From Utricularia gibba (taxonomy: Eukaryota; Plantae; Magnoliophyta), in assembly GCA_002189035.1 (NCBI GenBank), contig CM007990.1, positions 3,224,001-3,288,000 on the forward strand: a DNA stretch of 64,000 nucleotides. The letters are read 5' to 3'. The translations under genes and the position numbers were made by a program. Below are positions 50,353 through 61,814 of this stretch, piece after piece. The number at the start of each line of letters is the position of its first letter. The stretch's first letter is position 1. The notes under the pieces are model-generated. The model worked only from the letters and a program-made list of their open reading frames with translations. It did no database searches and was not told where the DNA came from.

Positions 50353-50611
50353 CAAAAAATGAATATCCTAAAAACAATCCAAATTTATGAATAGGGTGCC
50401 GTACTCATAGAACAAGAAAAGAAATGGGAGTGATAAATTATACAAGATATCACAAATAACCTTTGATAAGTCTAAAGTTCTACAAAAAATGAATATCCTA
50501 AAAACAATCCAAATTATGAATAGGGTGCCATACTCACTGAACAAGAAAAGAAATGGGAGTGATGAATTACACAAGATATCACAAACAAACCCTGATAAGT
50601 CTAAAGTTCTA
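50353..50611. repeat. Tandem dimer of a ~130-bp unit within the CRM LTR
   Basis: CAAAAAATGAATATCCTAAAAACAATCCAAA...GATAAGTCTAAAGTTCTA occurs at 50353-50482 and 50483-50611. Confidence 0.9.
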
Positions 50612-51010
50612 CAAAAAAAAGAAATTGGAGTATTATTTTCAAAATACATTACAATTAAAATTGTTCCTAAACAAGAGTGAAACCCTTCTTATATAGATAG
50701 AGGAATAATCCTACTAAAAAAAAAGTAGTAGTAGTACACTAGGAAGTGATGGCCCAACTTTAGTCTAGTTGCTCCATTTGAGTGGGTAATCCTCAATGCC
50801 ATATGGTTCGCTGTTTTGTTGATTGATCCATAATCCCATCGGAAGCTCTTCATTCTTTCGTGTTCTTGATGTTCAAGATTATTTTTGCCATTCATGATTT
50901 CATCATCCACTTCTTCTTTTAATAGATTCATCCTTGAATCATTACTATCTACATCACAAGGAGTCAAGTAAGTAATATTGAACATGGAACACATGGAAAA
51001 CTCATTTAGT

Positions 51011-51950
51011 AGGTGAACGGAAATTTAGAGGTCATTGAAATAAAAAAAAAATTCCATATCAAATGAATTTATAAGTTCTAATCTTCACGAAATACAAATT
51101 AAACATAAAGTGCACAATGAAATTTTGGGGTAGATCATAAGGAGCACATGTTTGCTATGTGTTTCAACAGATGCAAGTTTGAAGTCAAACTAACATTAAC
51201 ATATAAGATAGGGAATTCATAGCAAACAACAATGTAAAATGTAAATAAATTCAACTCTTGCACAACAGAAGGTAACGAACTCCTAATTCTTTCATGCAAT
51301 TTCACATTTGCATAACTCTAAACAATCTAAGTCTACTCAGGTACATCTTTTTAGAACACTCCCTAGTATCACTACCTATTTCACACATAGGTCTACCAAT
51401 TTGTGAAATACATAGAACTATGTCTACCTCGTGTTACTGGTTTTATTGAGAATAACACGTATTAGACTTGTCTCAACTTTGTGATCTAACTTCAAGTTAA
51501 GGGGTTTGAGTTATACAATTAGTTTGTTGACCCCTTAGGTCTACTCGAGGCATAGTAGTACATACCAAAATTGTGCAAAAATCACAATCAAAATAGACAT
51601 AAACCACTTTCGTTACCCTAAGGCATCTCCAAGGTTTAGCCAATCATAATTGACTTTCGTAAAGATAAACTAAAAATATCTTCACAATCATTATAAGAGA
51701 AATAGTAAAAAAGGAAAAATATCCAATGAACGAGAACAAAGTAAATCAAGTTTATGCTTTCTTCTGTTACTATTAATAGCTCCAAATAGTAGCATTGAAT
51801 TGGGTCTTTACTGATGTTCTTCAAATTTGAGGCTTTTCTTCTATAAATCATCTTCTTCTTTCTTGTTTTTTGTTGTTTTTTCCTGTCGAAGGAGCTCTCT
51901 GTGTGTGTTCTTCATTGAAGCTCCCCTCTTTTTTTTTGATCCCTTCTTTA
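51011..51950 (-). mobile_element. Truncated Athila-like LTR replacing the CRM integrase core
   Basis: AGGTGAACGGAAATTT start and collinear with 8001-9368. Right end lost; the CRM integrase resumes near 51950. Confidence 0.75.
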
Positions 51951-53137
51951 AATGTGCCATCTTGGATGACATACAATGGATGGCATTATTAGTGTTGTGA
52001 CAAGGGATGAAATGTGCCATCTTGGAGAATCTATCAACCACTATAAATATTGAATCTTTTCCCCTTTGAGTCCTCGGTAAACTGAAAATAAAACTCATAG
52101 AAAGATCAATCCAAGGATGAATAGGGGTACGAAGCAGAGTTTACAATCTTTGAGAAGTCGATTTTTATTTGACCCTCTTGCAAGTTAAGCATCATATACA
52201 TATCCTTTCCACATCTCTTCTCACGTGTGGCCAACAGAAATGTTTTTAGAACATGTCGAGCATTTTGGTGACTTCAAAATATCGCATAAGTCCTCCACCA
52301 TGAGCCTTTTTCACCAAGAACTCTTTAATGGAACATTGTGGGATACATAATGTGTGTTCCTTGAAAATGAAATTGCTTTGCCTAGAGTAAGTTTCATGAG
52401 GTTTATGCTCACAAGAAAGATATATATCTTAAAAATCATGATCAAGAGTATAAAACTCTTTTATCATTGAAAACCCAAGCATTTGAGCATGAAGAGTAGT
52501 GAAAAGTGTATACATTCGTGATAATGCATCAGGAACGATGTTCTTTTCACCTTTCTCATATTTGATGACGTATGGAAAATGTATCAATGAATTCTATCGA
52601 TCTTGCATGTCTTCTATTGAGGTTTCTTTGACTCACATGCTTCCAACTCTTATCGTCAATATGGATGACAAACTTTTTGTACCACGTATAATGCTTCTAA
52701 GTTTCTAATGCTCTTACTAGTGAGTGCAATTCCTTATCAAAAGTTGGGTAATTGAGCATGGCTCCATTGAACTTTTTACTTAAGTAGCTAATGGATTGCC
52801 CTCCTTGCATCAGAGCAAAACCTATTTCAACTTTAGAAACATCACATTCAATTTCAAATATGTTTGAAAAATTAGATAACACAAGTAAAGGGATTGAACT
52901 AAGCTTATCCTTAAGTTGCTTGAATGCAAGCTATTGTGCTTCTCTCCAAGAAAATTGAACATTCTTTTGTCAAGGATTTTAGTACACTTTCTGAACCATT
53001 GAATGAGGATAATTGTACTTAATTGTTATTTAGTTGATAAACAACAGTATGTGCACATCTTCCATATTTCATCATGTCTTGGGATCAATGAGACTGGAAT
53101 AGAGCATGGACTAACAATTTCCCTCACCAATCTTTTC

Positions 53138-54628
53138 TGTTAATGTATGTGTTCTAGAGACATCAACTTATTAGCAAATCTTATCCTTTGATATTTTCTT
53201 TGAATTGTGATCAAATTTATATCATTAAAAAAATTCTTTACTTTATTTGAGATCATAATTTGAGATTCTTCAAGCGTTTGTTTTCAAGTTAAAAATTCTT
53301 AGACTAAAAGTATTTGTAAAATGAGAATATCATAAATGCGAATAAACTAGCTCATATTGAGTTCCCTGAATTCTTTGGACAATGGCTCTCACAATTTATA
53401 TAATAAGATTATTAGAACTAATGTGTGGGTGTCGATTAGATAATTGATTCACTGGATGACTTGTCTTTGAGATGCCACTATGAGAAACTAATCAAGTATT
53501 AGTAGCAAGATCTTGAATATGATAGCTGTGCAAATAAACTTAAACTTGAGGTCAAAAAATTATCTTGATCTTAAGCACGCATTTTTTCTCATTACTAATA
53601 AAAATCTTACAATGGCTTGCCTAGTATGAATAAGAAGAGATATGACTCTTTAAGGTTAGAGATAGTTGATTGATCAATAAAAAATTGATCACTCATGTTA
53701 GCTATGAAATCTTATCTCAAGTAAATTCATCAAGCCTAACAGTAAATCTTGGGCCCAGGTTCATGACACTTGAAGAGTTTGAGTTGGTTATTTAATGTTT
53801 GTGCTTAAATGCAATTATAAGTTCAATACATCAGAAATATACATGTCCATGTTCTGATATCGAATGAGATATAAGTATAATGAAAGTTGTTCATTGCATG
53901 GTGACTTGTTATGAAAAGACTCAGTCAGTTCACTTGATTATTCTTACATCTTTAGGATCATAATATGTTACTAGACATCACTCATGATCGATAATAATAG
54001 ATTTAATTAATTAAAAGTTAATAAATAAATTCATTATTACAGTTTTAATTGAAGAAACCTATAGGGTCACATTCAATAGTGAAGTTATTTATCAATATAA
54101 AATAGAATGACACAATTATATTAAATGTAATTGATATAGTGAATAAATTAAATAGAGAGTTATTTTGAAATTAATATTGATCAAACTCAAAATAAAGGAT
54201 CTAATATAGATAAGATTTAGGAATATATATATCTATTAGATTTCCACGAGATAAAATCTTACAAAGATTTCATTAAATATGTTACCAAATATCTATATAA
54301 GATAATAAGAAAGATCCAACCAGAGACATTTCTAGATCTTCATTCTTTCCAAGATTTATCTACAATAGGCGACTTTCTCTATCAGCATTGGAGGAGATCA
54401 ACCATCATTTTGTGGCTTTGAGAAGATTATGAACGGAGTACTTCACATGTGGATATCATAGAAGCTATTTACTATTGACTGTTAGTGAACAACAGAGTCT
54501 ACTGAAAGGTATTTTCAAAATCACTTTATTTGATACATACTTTATTTCAAGATCTGTAGTTCGGGTCTCTCGAAAACATTTCATTTTTGTTGGATTGAGG
54601 ACATACGATGTCTAAGTGAAAGCTAAAA
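53138..54628 (+). mobile_element. Angela-like solo LTR inserted in the CRM reverse transcriptase
   Basis: TGTTAATGTATGTGTTCTAGAGA...GACATACGATGTCTA...AAAA with near-TSD TTTTC/CTTTC. Flanks rejoin as VEEL...(E)KRLVREIVSPCSIPV. Confidence 0.88.
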
Positions 54629-54800
54629 CTTTCGCTATGAGTTCCTCTACTTAGCATTGAATCTCTTTGGTTTCTTCACGATTAGCCTTATAAGCTGCAC
54701 GATATGAGATTTGAGAAACTGAAACAAAGTCTATTTGATGTTCAATTCCTCAATATGGTGGTAATCTAAGCAATTCCTCATGGTAAACATCAATTTAAAT

Positions 54801-56130
54801 TGGTAAACGAAAATTTTTAGTGTCGTTGCGAAAGAAAATAAATCTCTATATTAAATAAATTGATAATCCCTAATATTCATAAAATACAAATTCAATACAA
54901 ATTGTACAGTGGATTTCAGAGTCAATCACAAGAAGCAAATACTTGCAACATATTTTTCATAATGCAAAATTGAGAATGAATTTTACTCTTAGTACAAGGT
55001 TAAAATAATAATGATATAGAAGCTCAGTAACCAAAAATAAGTCACAATGCAAAAAGTAAAAAATGTGGATTCTATGTACAAATAACACTACGATGCCTCA
55101 AAATGGTTCAGATGATGTGGTACACAAGTTCTTAATCTAATGTACCATTTGTCTATATGTGGTTCAGATACCTAAGTGTACTCAGGTTGTTTCTCATGTT
55201 TTCGACTATGACAATCTCTAATGTCATTACCTATTTGACATTTACATCTAATCATGTGCAAATACGTAAAACTAGATCCACTCGATTCTACTAGTTCTAC
55301 TAATGACTAATGCCTACTATCCCCCTCTTGATTCATTGGTTTACCTTTGAATCGAGCTTCTAAGTTGCAATGTTTTTCGCTCCTTCCCTTAGGTTTACTG
55401 AAGGAATGTTAGAAACGAAAGATAATGTACACAATGATAGACTATCTCCTAAACTCTAAACCACATCTCCTTCACATACCTTAAGGCATCCCTAAATTTA
55501 ACATGATCTTATTAAGATAAACTAAATAAAATATCATAAACATCATGAGAGAAAGTCACATAAACAAAATTTCCATCAAATTAAAGACAAAGTAAAATAA
55601 GTTTTGTTTCTTGTCTACTACTATTCGCAGCCCGGAACAGTAGCACTCAACTAGGTTTCGATTCTTGTTCTTCAAGTTGGAAGTTTTTCTTCCGAAAAAA
55701 TCATATTCTTCTTCCTCCTTCCTTTGTGTTTTTTTTTTTCAATGTTGATGTTATTCTCTGTTGTGTGTTGCCAAAGATTCCCTTTTCGATTCGTCTCTCC
55801 ACCATAATATCTCTTTCTCTCTTTTTCCAAAGTAAGTATTATTTCGGACACTTATACTATTCTCACCCTAAACGTGCACACTGCAGGCAGCAAACAGTGC
55901 TTTCTATCCCCCTTTGGATGTTGTGCCTTCCTTGACTTAATGCACATACGTTTTAGTTTGATTTGCTACTAATTTTCTTGCTAAACACTATCAAATATCA
56001 GTAACACAAGGTTCATGTATCAACATGAAATTAAAAACACATAAAATATGAAAAACTACACAAATACAACCTAAATCATAACAAAACATGATGATTTTGT
56101 ATTATAAAACACTAAGAAAATGTGTGTCAT
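54801..56130 (-). mobile_element. Athila-like LTR between the CRM protease and RT
   Basis: TGGTAAACGAAAATTT...GAAAATGTGTGTCAT. Terminal CA lost and no clean TSD. Confidence 0.85.
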
Positions 56131-57076
56131 GGTGAACTTGTTCCCAACTCTTAACTAAGACTAATTGGAACCAATCTTCGTGAGTGCCAATGGTGAACTT
56201 AAACAATTTAGATATAATTTTGGACACATGACCCATAGAGGTGTTAGTGTGCATATCATGTTATCACTCAAATATGCATAAATAGATTCCTCTTGAGGAG
56301 CGGTTTCGATGATTACCTCATCCAGTTGATTCATTCAAAGCCATTTAGAAGTATGGTTTCCAACTTATTTTCTAGCTGTCTTTCTCTCTTTAGGCACATC
56401 TTGTTCAATATGGGTATAATGCCATGTCCTTTTCTCTATCCAACTTATTTTCTTGCTGCCTTCCCAATAGTATGTGTCTCCCATGAGTTAGCATCACATC
56501 ACAATGAATTTCATCTTGATACTTTCTTATGAAGAAAGTAACAAGAACTTAATTAGTAACTTTGACTTCACTCCCTTCAGTCAAACATTGAAGCATGTAT
56601 GGGAGTGGATGCTTTAAAGTTGGAGGTTGAAGTTTCTCAACCATGAGATCACTAGCTACATTTGTACAACTGCCTGCATTGATTATTACACTACAAACCT
56701 TCTCATTCACAAACCATCTTGTGCGAAATAAGTTTTCTCATTATTCTTACATTGACTTGACTTCCATTCTCAAAGTTCGTCTATTGACCAAAGTTTCACC
56801 TACAACAGGTTGTTGTTCATCATTATCATCCATCTCATCTAATTAGCTTCCACTTCCACTCTCAACCTCTAATTCAATATCCACATAATCTTTTAGAATC
56901 AATGTTGATGATGTCGAAAATAAGCATCATATGGTAGAGATGAGAAAAGATTGGAATATTCAATGGCAAGACTCAAAATCAGAAATCAATGTAAAACCAA
57001 GAAAATGGACTAGAAGAATCGGTTATGGGATGTAAATTGATGCTAGAGCTAAATAACATTGAAATAATGGATCAGC

Positions 57077-59888
57077 TGATGGCACACATTTTCCCTGAAT
57101 TTTATAATATAAAATAGTTATATTTTATTATCGTATAGGTCAGATAAATGTGGTTTTCTTATATTTATGTGTGTTTAAGTTAATTTTGTGTGTTTGTGTT
57201 AAAAAGTGGACTAAATCCACAACCTTTGTTACTAATATTTCAGTAAGTTCAGCAGGGAGATCAGCTGAAAATCATACTTGCAAACGTGTGGAAGAAGTAA
57301 AAAAGGGTGCAAAATCCGGAGAAGGACAAAGAGCGCTGTTCTACAACTACTTGTAGTCTGCAAGTTCAGGCCGGGAACAGTGCTGGCGGTAGGGAACAGT
57401 GTTGGCATTCAAGAACAGTGTGATGGAGTGAAGGAGAGGGGATAATTTATTTCGAAAATGAGAGAGAGAGCGGGAATAGCCGAGGGGGGAGACAGTAATA
57501 GTGAGGAGACGCAAGGGGGCTTCTTCCCCAATGCGAAAAACACCAACCAGAAGAGGGGAAGAAGGCCCTCATCATCAACAGCAGCACCAGAGCCTAGTCC
57601 AGCACTACTATTCCGGGCCATGAACAGTAGCAACTGGGCGACATAACACTTTTTATTTGCTTTCCGTTTTCTGAACGTTTCAAGTTTCTGTATTTTGACT
57701 TGCTTACAATGTTCATGTTATTTTCGCCAACTTATATGAATGAAATCATATTTTATTTCCCAATCATGAGTGGCTAAAGTATTAGGGATGCCTTAAGGTG
57801 AAGTGGGGTGGTTTGTGCTTAGGGTTGATGATGAAATTTATGTGTGTTCCTTAACTCTTGTTTCTAACAAACTATGGGTAGACCTAAGGAGGGAAACAAG
57901 TAGTTTCACAACTTGGATGCTTGGTTTAGAGGTAGACCAACAAACCAAGACGAGAGCAATAGGTGTTAGTCTGGGGGTAGAACCAGTAGAACCGGGTAGA
58001 CCTAGTTCTATATGCTTTGCATGCGGGTGAACCTAATTGTAATGTTGTTTATGCTATTTGGGACTAGCTTAGCCGAAAATATGATGAATGACCCGGGTAT
58101 ACTTAGGTTATTTGAAGTTGTGAGTGTAGGAACATGGTAAACTAAATTAGGCATCTTAGCATAGCACCACCTACAGATCCTTAAGGCATCTTCGTGTTAT
58201 TCTGAGTTAGAACCAGTACTTATTACCTTTGGCATTGAAACCTGATTCTATTTACTGAACTTTCTTGCCACTGCTAGTCCAAGCTTAGACTAAGATCTAC
58301 TGTTATTTCGAATCATGCATTTACTAAAACATTTAGCAAGCATAAGCTCTTCGTGATCGACCCGATATCCACTATACAAGTTTTTCAAATTTGTATTTTG
58401 TATAGATTAGGGATTATAAATTTATTTGATAACGAAATTTCTATTTTTACAACGACATTAGGAAATTTTTGTTTATCAAATTGACGCCGTTGCCGGGGAG
58501 CGGTGTTCAATTGTTTTCTGTTTTTAGTTGATGCATTTGTGTTCCTTTGGTGCAGGGAATTTCGAATTTCAATCTTGAGGTCGAGAGGGCTGCTTGAGGG
58601 AACCGCAAAAAAAAAAAAAAAATCAAGGAAGTGGTCAAGTTGAGGAAAATCCTTACCATAACCAGCCAAATCTGAAAAAGGCCAAAGAGGAGAAGACATT
58701 GAACGAACTAGATGCTGCTGATCACACTTACAAGGGATTATGTATCAATTTTTCAGATGATGCAGCTAGTGAACTTAAACCGGCCATGATTAATTTTTTG
58801 TCAAAGTTCTATAAGAAGGCTGGAGAAAATCCACATGAGCACTTGGATAATATTATAGCAGTTTGCATATCATTTAAAAGTGCTAGAGCGATGGAAGAAA
58901 CAATTTGCTTGAGGGCATTTCAATTTACTTTGGAAGGAAGAGCAAGGATGTGGTTTAATTCCTTGAAGCCGAAAAGCATATCAGATTGGGCTGGCATGAA
59001 AAAAGCATTCTTGAGCAAATATTTTCCTGCCTCTAAAGCTGAAGAAATTAGAAAAAAAATCAGTGACATTGAGCAAATGAATGGGGAGTCACTTTCATGA
59101 GTATTGGGAGAGGTTTAATCAATTGCTTGGATCTTGTCCTCACCATGGTTTTCAATCTTCTTCCTTGGTCAAATATTTTTATGATGGATTAATGTACACT
59201 GATAGATCCATGGTTGATTCAGCAGCAGGGGGATTCTTGAGAAAAAGAAAACACCAACTGAAGCTCTTTCCTTGCTTGAGGAGTTGGCTGAGCATTCTAG
59301 GCATATTATCAAAAAGCAAGCCTCTAACAGGAGAGTATATGAGGTGGAGAGTAAGCCCAGGGTTTTAGAGATTGAACTCACGAGAAATGTTGCTGCTATG
59401 TCAGAAATGATGAAGGAGCTAATTCTAGACCTGCCGTGCAAAAACTGTCACAGAACAGGGCATATTGCGGAAAAGTGCCTAGATTTATTTGAAGAAGACC
59501 ATGCCAAGGCTATGGGATATTTGAAGCCCCAGCAGAGGAAGAAATATGATCAATATTCAAATACTTACTATCCAAGTTGGAGGGATCATCCAAATTTTCG
59601 TTGAAGCAACAACGGAAATTCTTATAAAGGAGAGAGCTCAACAATGGGGCAGCAAAATTTTTAGGAGCAAAGATCATATCAGGCACCTCTATTTCAAAGA
59701 CAAAACCAGCAAAACTAGCAAAACCAGCAAAACCAACAGCAATTTCAAGGCTCAAATGAAGGCAACCCTGGAGGGAGTGCTGGAAATTCTTTGGAAGAAA
59801 TGATGAAAATATTCATGGTGCAATCAACAAGAATTGAAGATGAAAATAGAAAATCTATCAAGAATTTAGAGACAATTTCGAGCAGAAT
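57077..59888 (+). mobile_element. Athila retrotransposon 5' half (LTR 57077-58478, PBS, gag), 3'-truncated
   Basis: LTR TGATGGCACACATTTT...GTTTATCA. PBS TGACGCCGTTGCCGGGGA at 58482-58499 (tRNA-Asp type). The element ends abruptly at the CRM LTR remnant. Confidence 0.92.
58594..59880 (+). pseudogene. Athila gag with frameshifts
   Basis: GENPHEHL...LRAFQFTLEGRARMWFNSL...FLSKYFP, then a +1 frameshift at about 59095, then HEYWERF..LL..CPHHG. Confidence 0.9.
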
Positions 59889-60713
59889 GCTCAATGCCAA
59901 CTAGTTCATTGTTTTGTTGATTGGTCCATAATCCCTTTAGAAATTCTTGATTCTTTTATACTCTTAATCTCATAATTGTTCTAGGTGAAATTACCTTAGA
60001 ATTAGTGATCTTCTTTCCTTCATCTTTATTATTTTTAACTCTACCATCCATGATCACATCAAAAAGCAACTTGTTTTTTGTTAGCTTGCAAGGTTATCTA
60101 GATCGTGTTCAACAATCACATAGCTTAAACACATGTCGGCATTCAAACAAAATTTAGTTGAGCGTATCTAGGCAAATTTTAGATGACATGTTTTATGATG
60201 AAGTATGTTAGTATTTTCAATTCATGTATCACGTTTTTTGTTATTTCATTTGATATTGTTAAAAAAAGAATAGTTTCCATAAATTCTATAGAAGAAAAAA
60301 AAAGTCATTTATTGGATTTTCCGAAATTTAATAAAACTAACATGAGTTTCCCAGTTTTTGGAGATTGATAAAGATGCCCGAATACACTTACAACATTTCC
60401 TAACACATTATACCACCTCTTCTTTTTTCACTTGGCAGCAATGATGAGTCTCTACTTTCCTTCAGTTTCATGATTCTTACGCTTTACTTTAGATTCATCC
60501 TCAACAACCTTCACTTTCTTCGATTATGCTTCGTCCAAATGTTTGTCCCGATTCCTTGAAGCAAGTAGTGTTCTTTTCAAATTCCCCAGCTTTAAGTACT
60601 ATGAAGTTCCATTTCAACAACAAACTTTAAAAAAAATGGTTCTGCGCTTTAACTACTTCACAGCATACTTCACAGTATTTCAACAACATCGCTTTCATTT
60701 CATTTGCATCAAG

Positions 60714-60740
60714 TATATATATATATATGTATATATATAT
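60714..60740. repeat. (AT)n microsatellite
   Basis: TATATATATATATATGTATATATATAT. Confidence 0.9.
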
Positions 60741-61814
60741 TTGTCTTTTCCTTGAGTTTTGTTGAGAACAGCAAGCATATTTGTAGAGGATATGCAGATG
60801 TCAGAAATACATAAATATACGATGGTCAAAATTAGATAAGATTTGCAAGATTCATTATTTAGATTTAGATTTGCTTGTATCTATAAAAACTGATCAAACT
60901 TAAACGTAGAACAAAACTTTTTGATTTTGGAAACTCTTCTTTGATGCACAAGGCTATGGAAGAGGCATCAAGAAGGCCTTTGCTAATGCCTACGAAACAA
61001 CTTCTGGAAATTAGTTTTCACGTCCCTTCCAACTCATATTTTGATGGAAATTGCTTAGTATGCTGTGAAGTAGTAAAGAAGCAGAGGAGAAGATGGAAGG
61101 CAAACTATAGAAATATGGTTTTTGTATTTGCTGTTTTTCACAACAACATTGAGCAGGCCTTACACGACATGTAAATAGGAGATAAACTAGCCGTTAGTTC
61201 AGTGCCGTTGGTGCTATTTTGTCTAGATATGAGACTTTCAGTCTTGGGCTTGGGTCGTCATTGTTTTTTCTGAGGCTGGGCTGGAGACTCTTGAAATGTG
61301 TCGGGTCCAACATAATCATACAGAACCTATCTGCGTGTTTCTTCTCCTCACTTTGCGATTCCTTCTTCGAACACGGCTTCTTGAGATCTTCATGTTCCTT
61401 CTTCTCGGGTTGTTGATCCTTGAACCCCACGACAGTCTCTATTGCATCCTCACATGCGTGACTTTATCGAGCATTCTAAATGAAAATGTACAAAAATATG
61501 AAAAAATAAGTGAATGGATTAAGATTTTAAATATTTAATTAAATAAAAATGTTTCTTATTAAAATTAATAATTAAAAATATTAAAATAGTAATAATAATA
61601 ATAATTGTATGCTGCAAATTCTCGGAAAACATTTAACTTAACCATTCATTAAATTATAATTGAATCGTACTTCATTTTTTTTATATTTTAAACGTTAAAT
61701 GTTATCATTTTGATAAATGGTTTATAATTCAAAATGATATAAATTCGATGAAATCATGGTTTTTAAAATACAAATGTTTATAAACGAAGTTCATTGTAAA
61801 ACAGAAAGATTAAG

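Larger units (their letters stand above)
50263..60061 (-). mobile_element. Heavily nested and deleted CRM retrotransposon
   Basis: 3' LTR at 50263-50905 (TGATG...ATCA) with PPT 50906-50920. Integrase [25 protein letters not shown]; RNase H FEIECDVS; RT start GIEHQIDF...EETKEIQ; protease NLFRTR...INAGSCTNVAS (about 56300-56800). 5' LTR remnant at about 59890-60061. AAAAG on both flanks. Confidence 0.8.

Noticed and set aside
60652-61074. MIRNA precursor
   Set aside because: Only 18 bp are perfectly paired with a 387-nt loop, and neither arm matches a conserved miRNA I recognise. Kept only as an unexplained inverted repeat.
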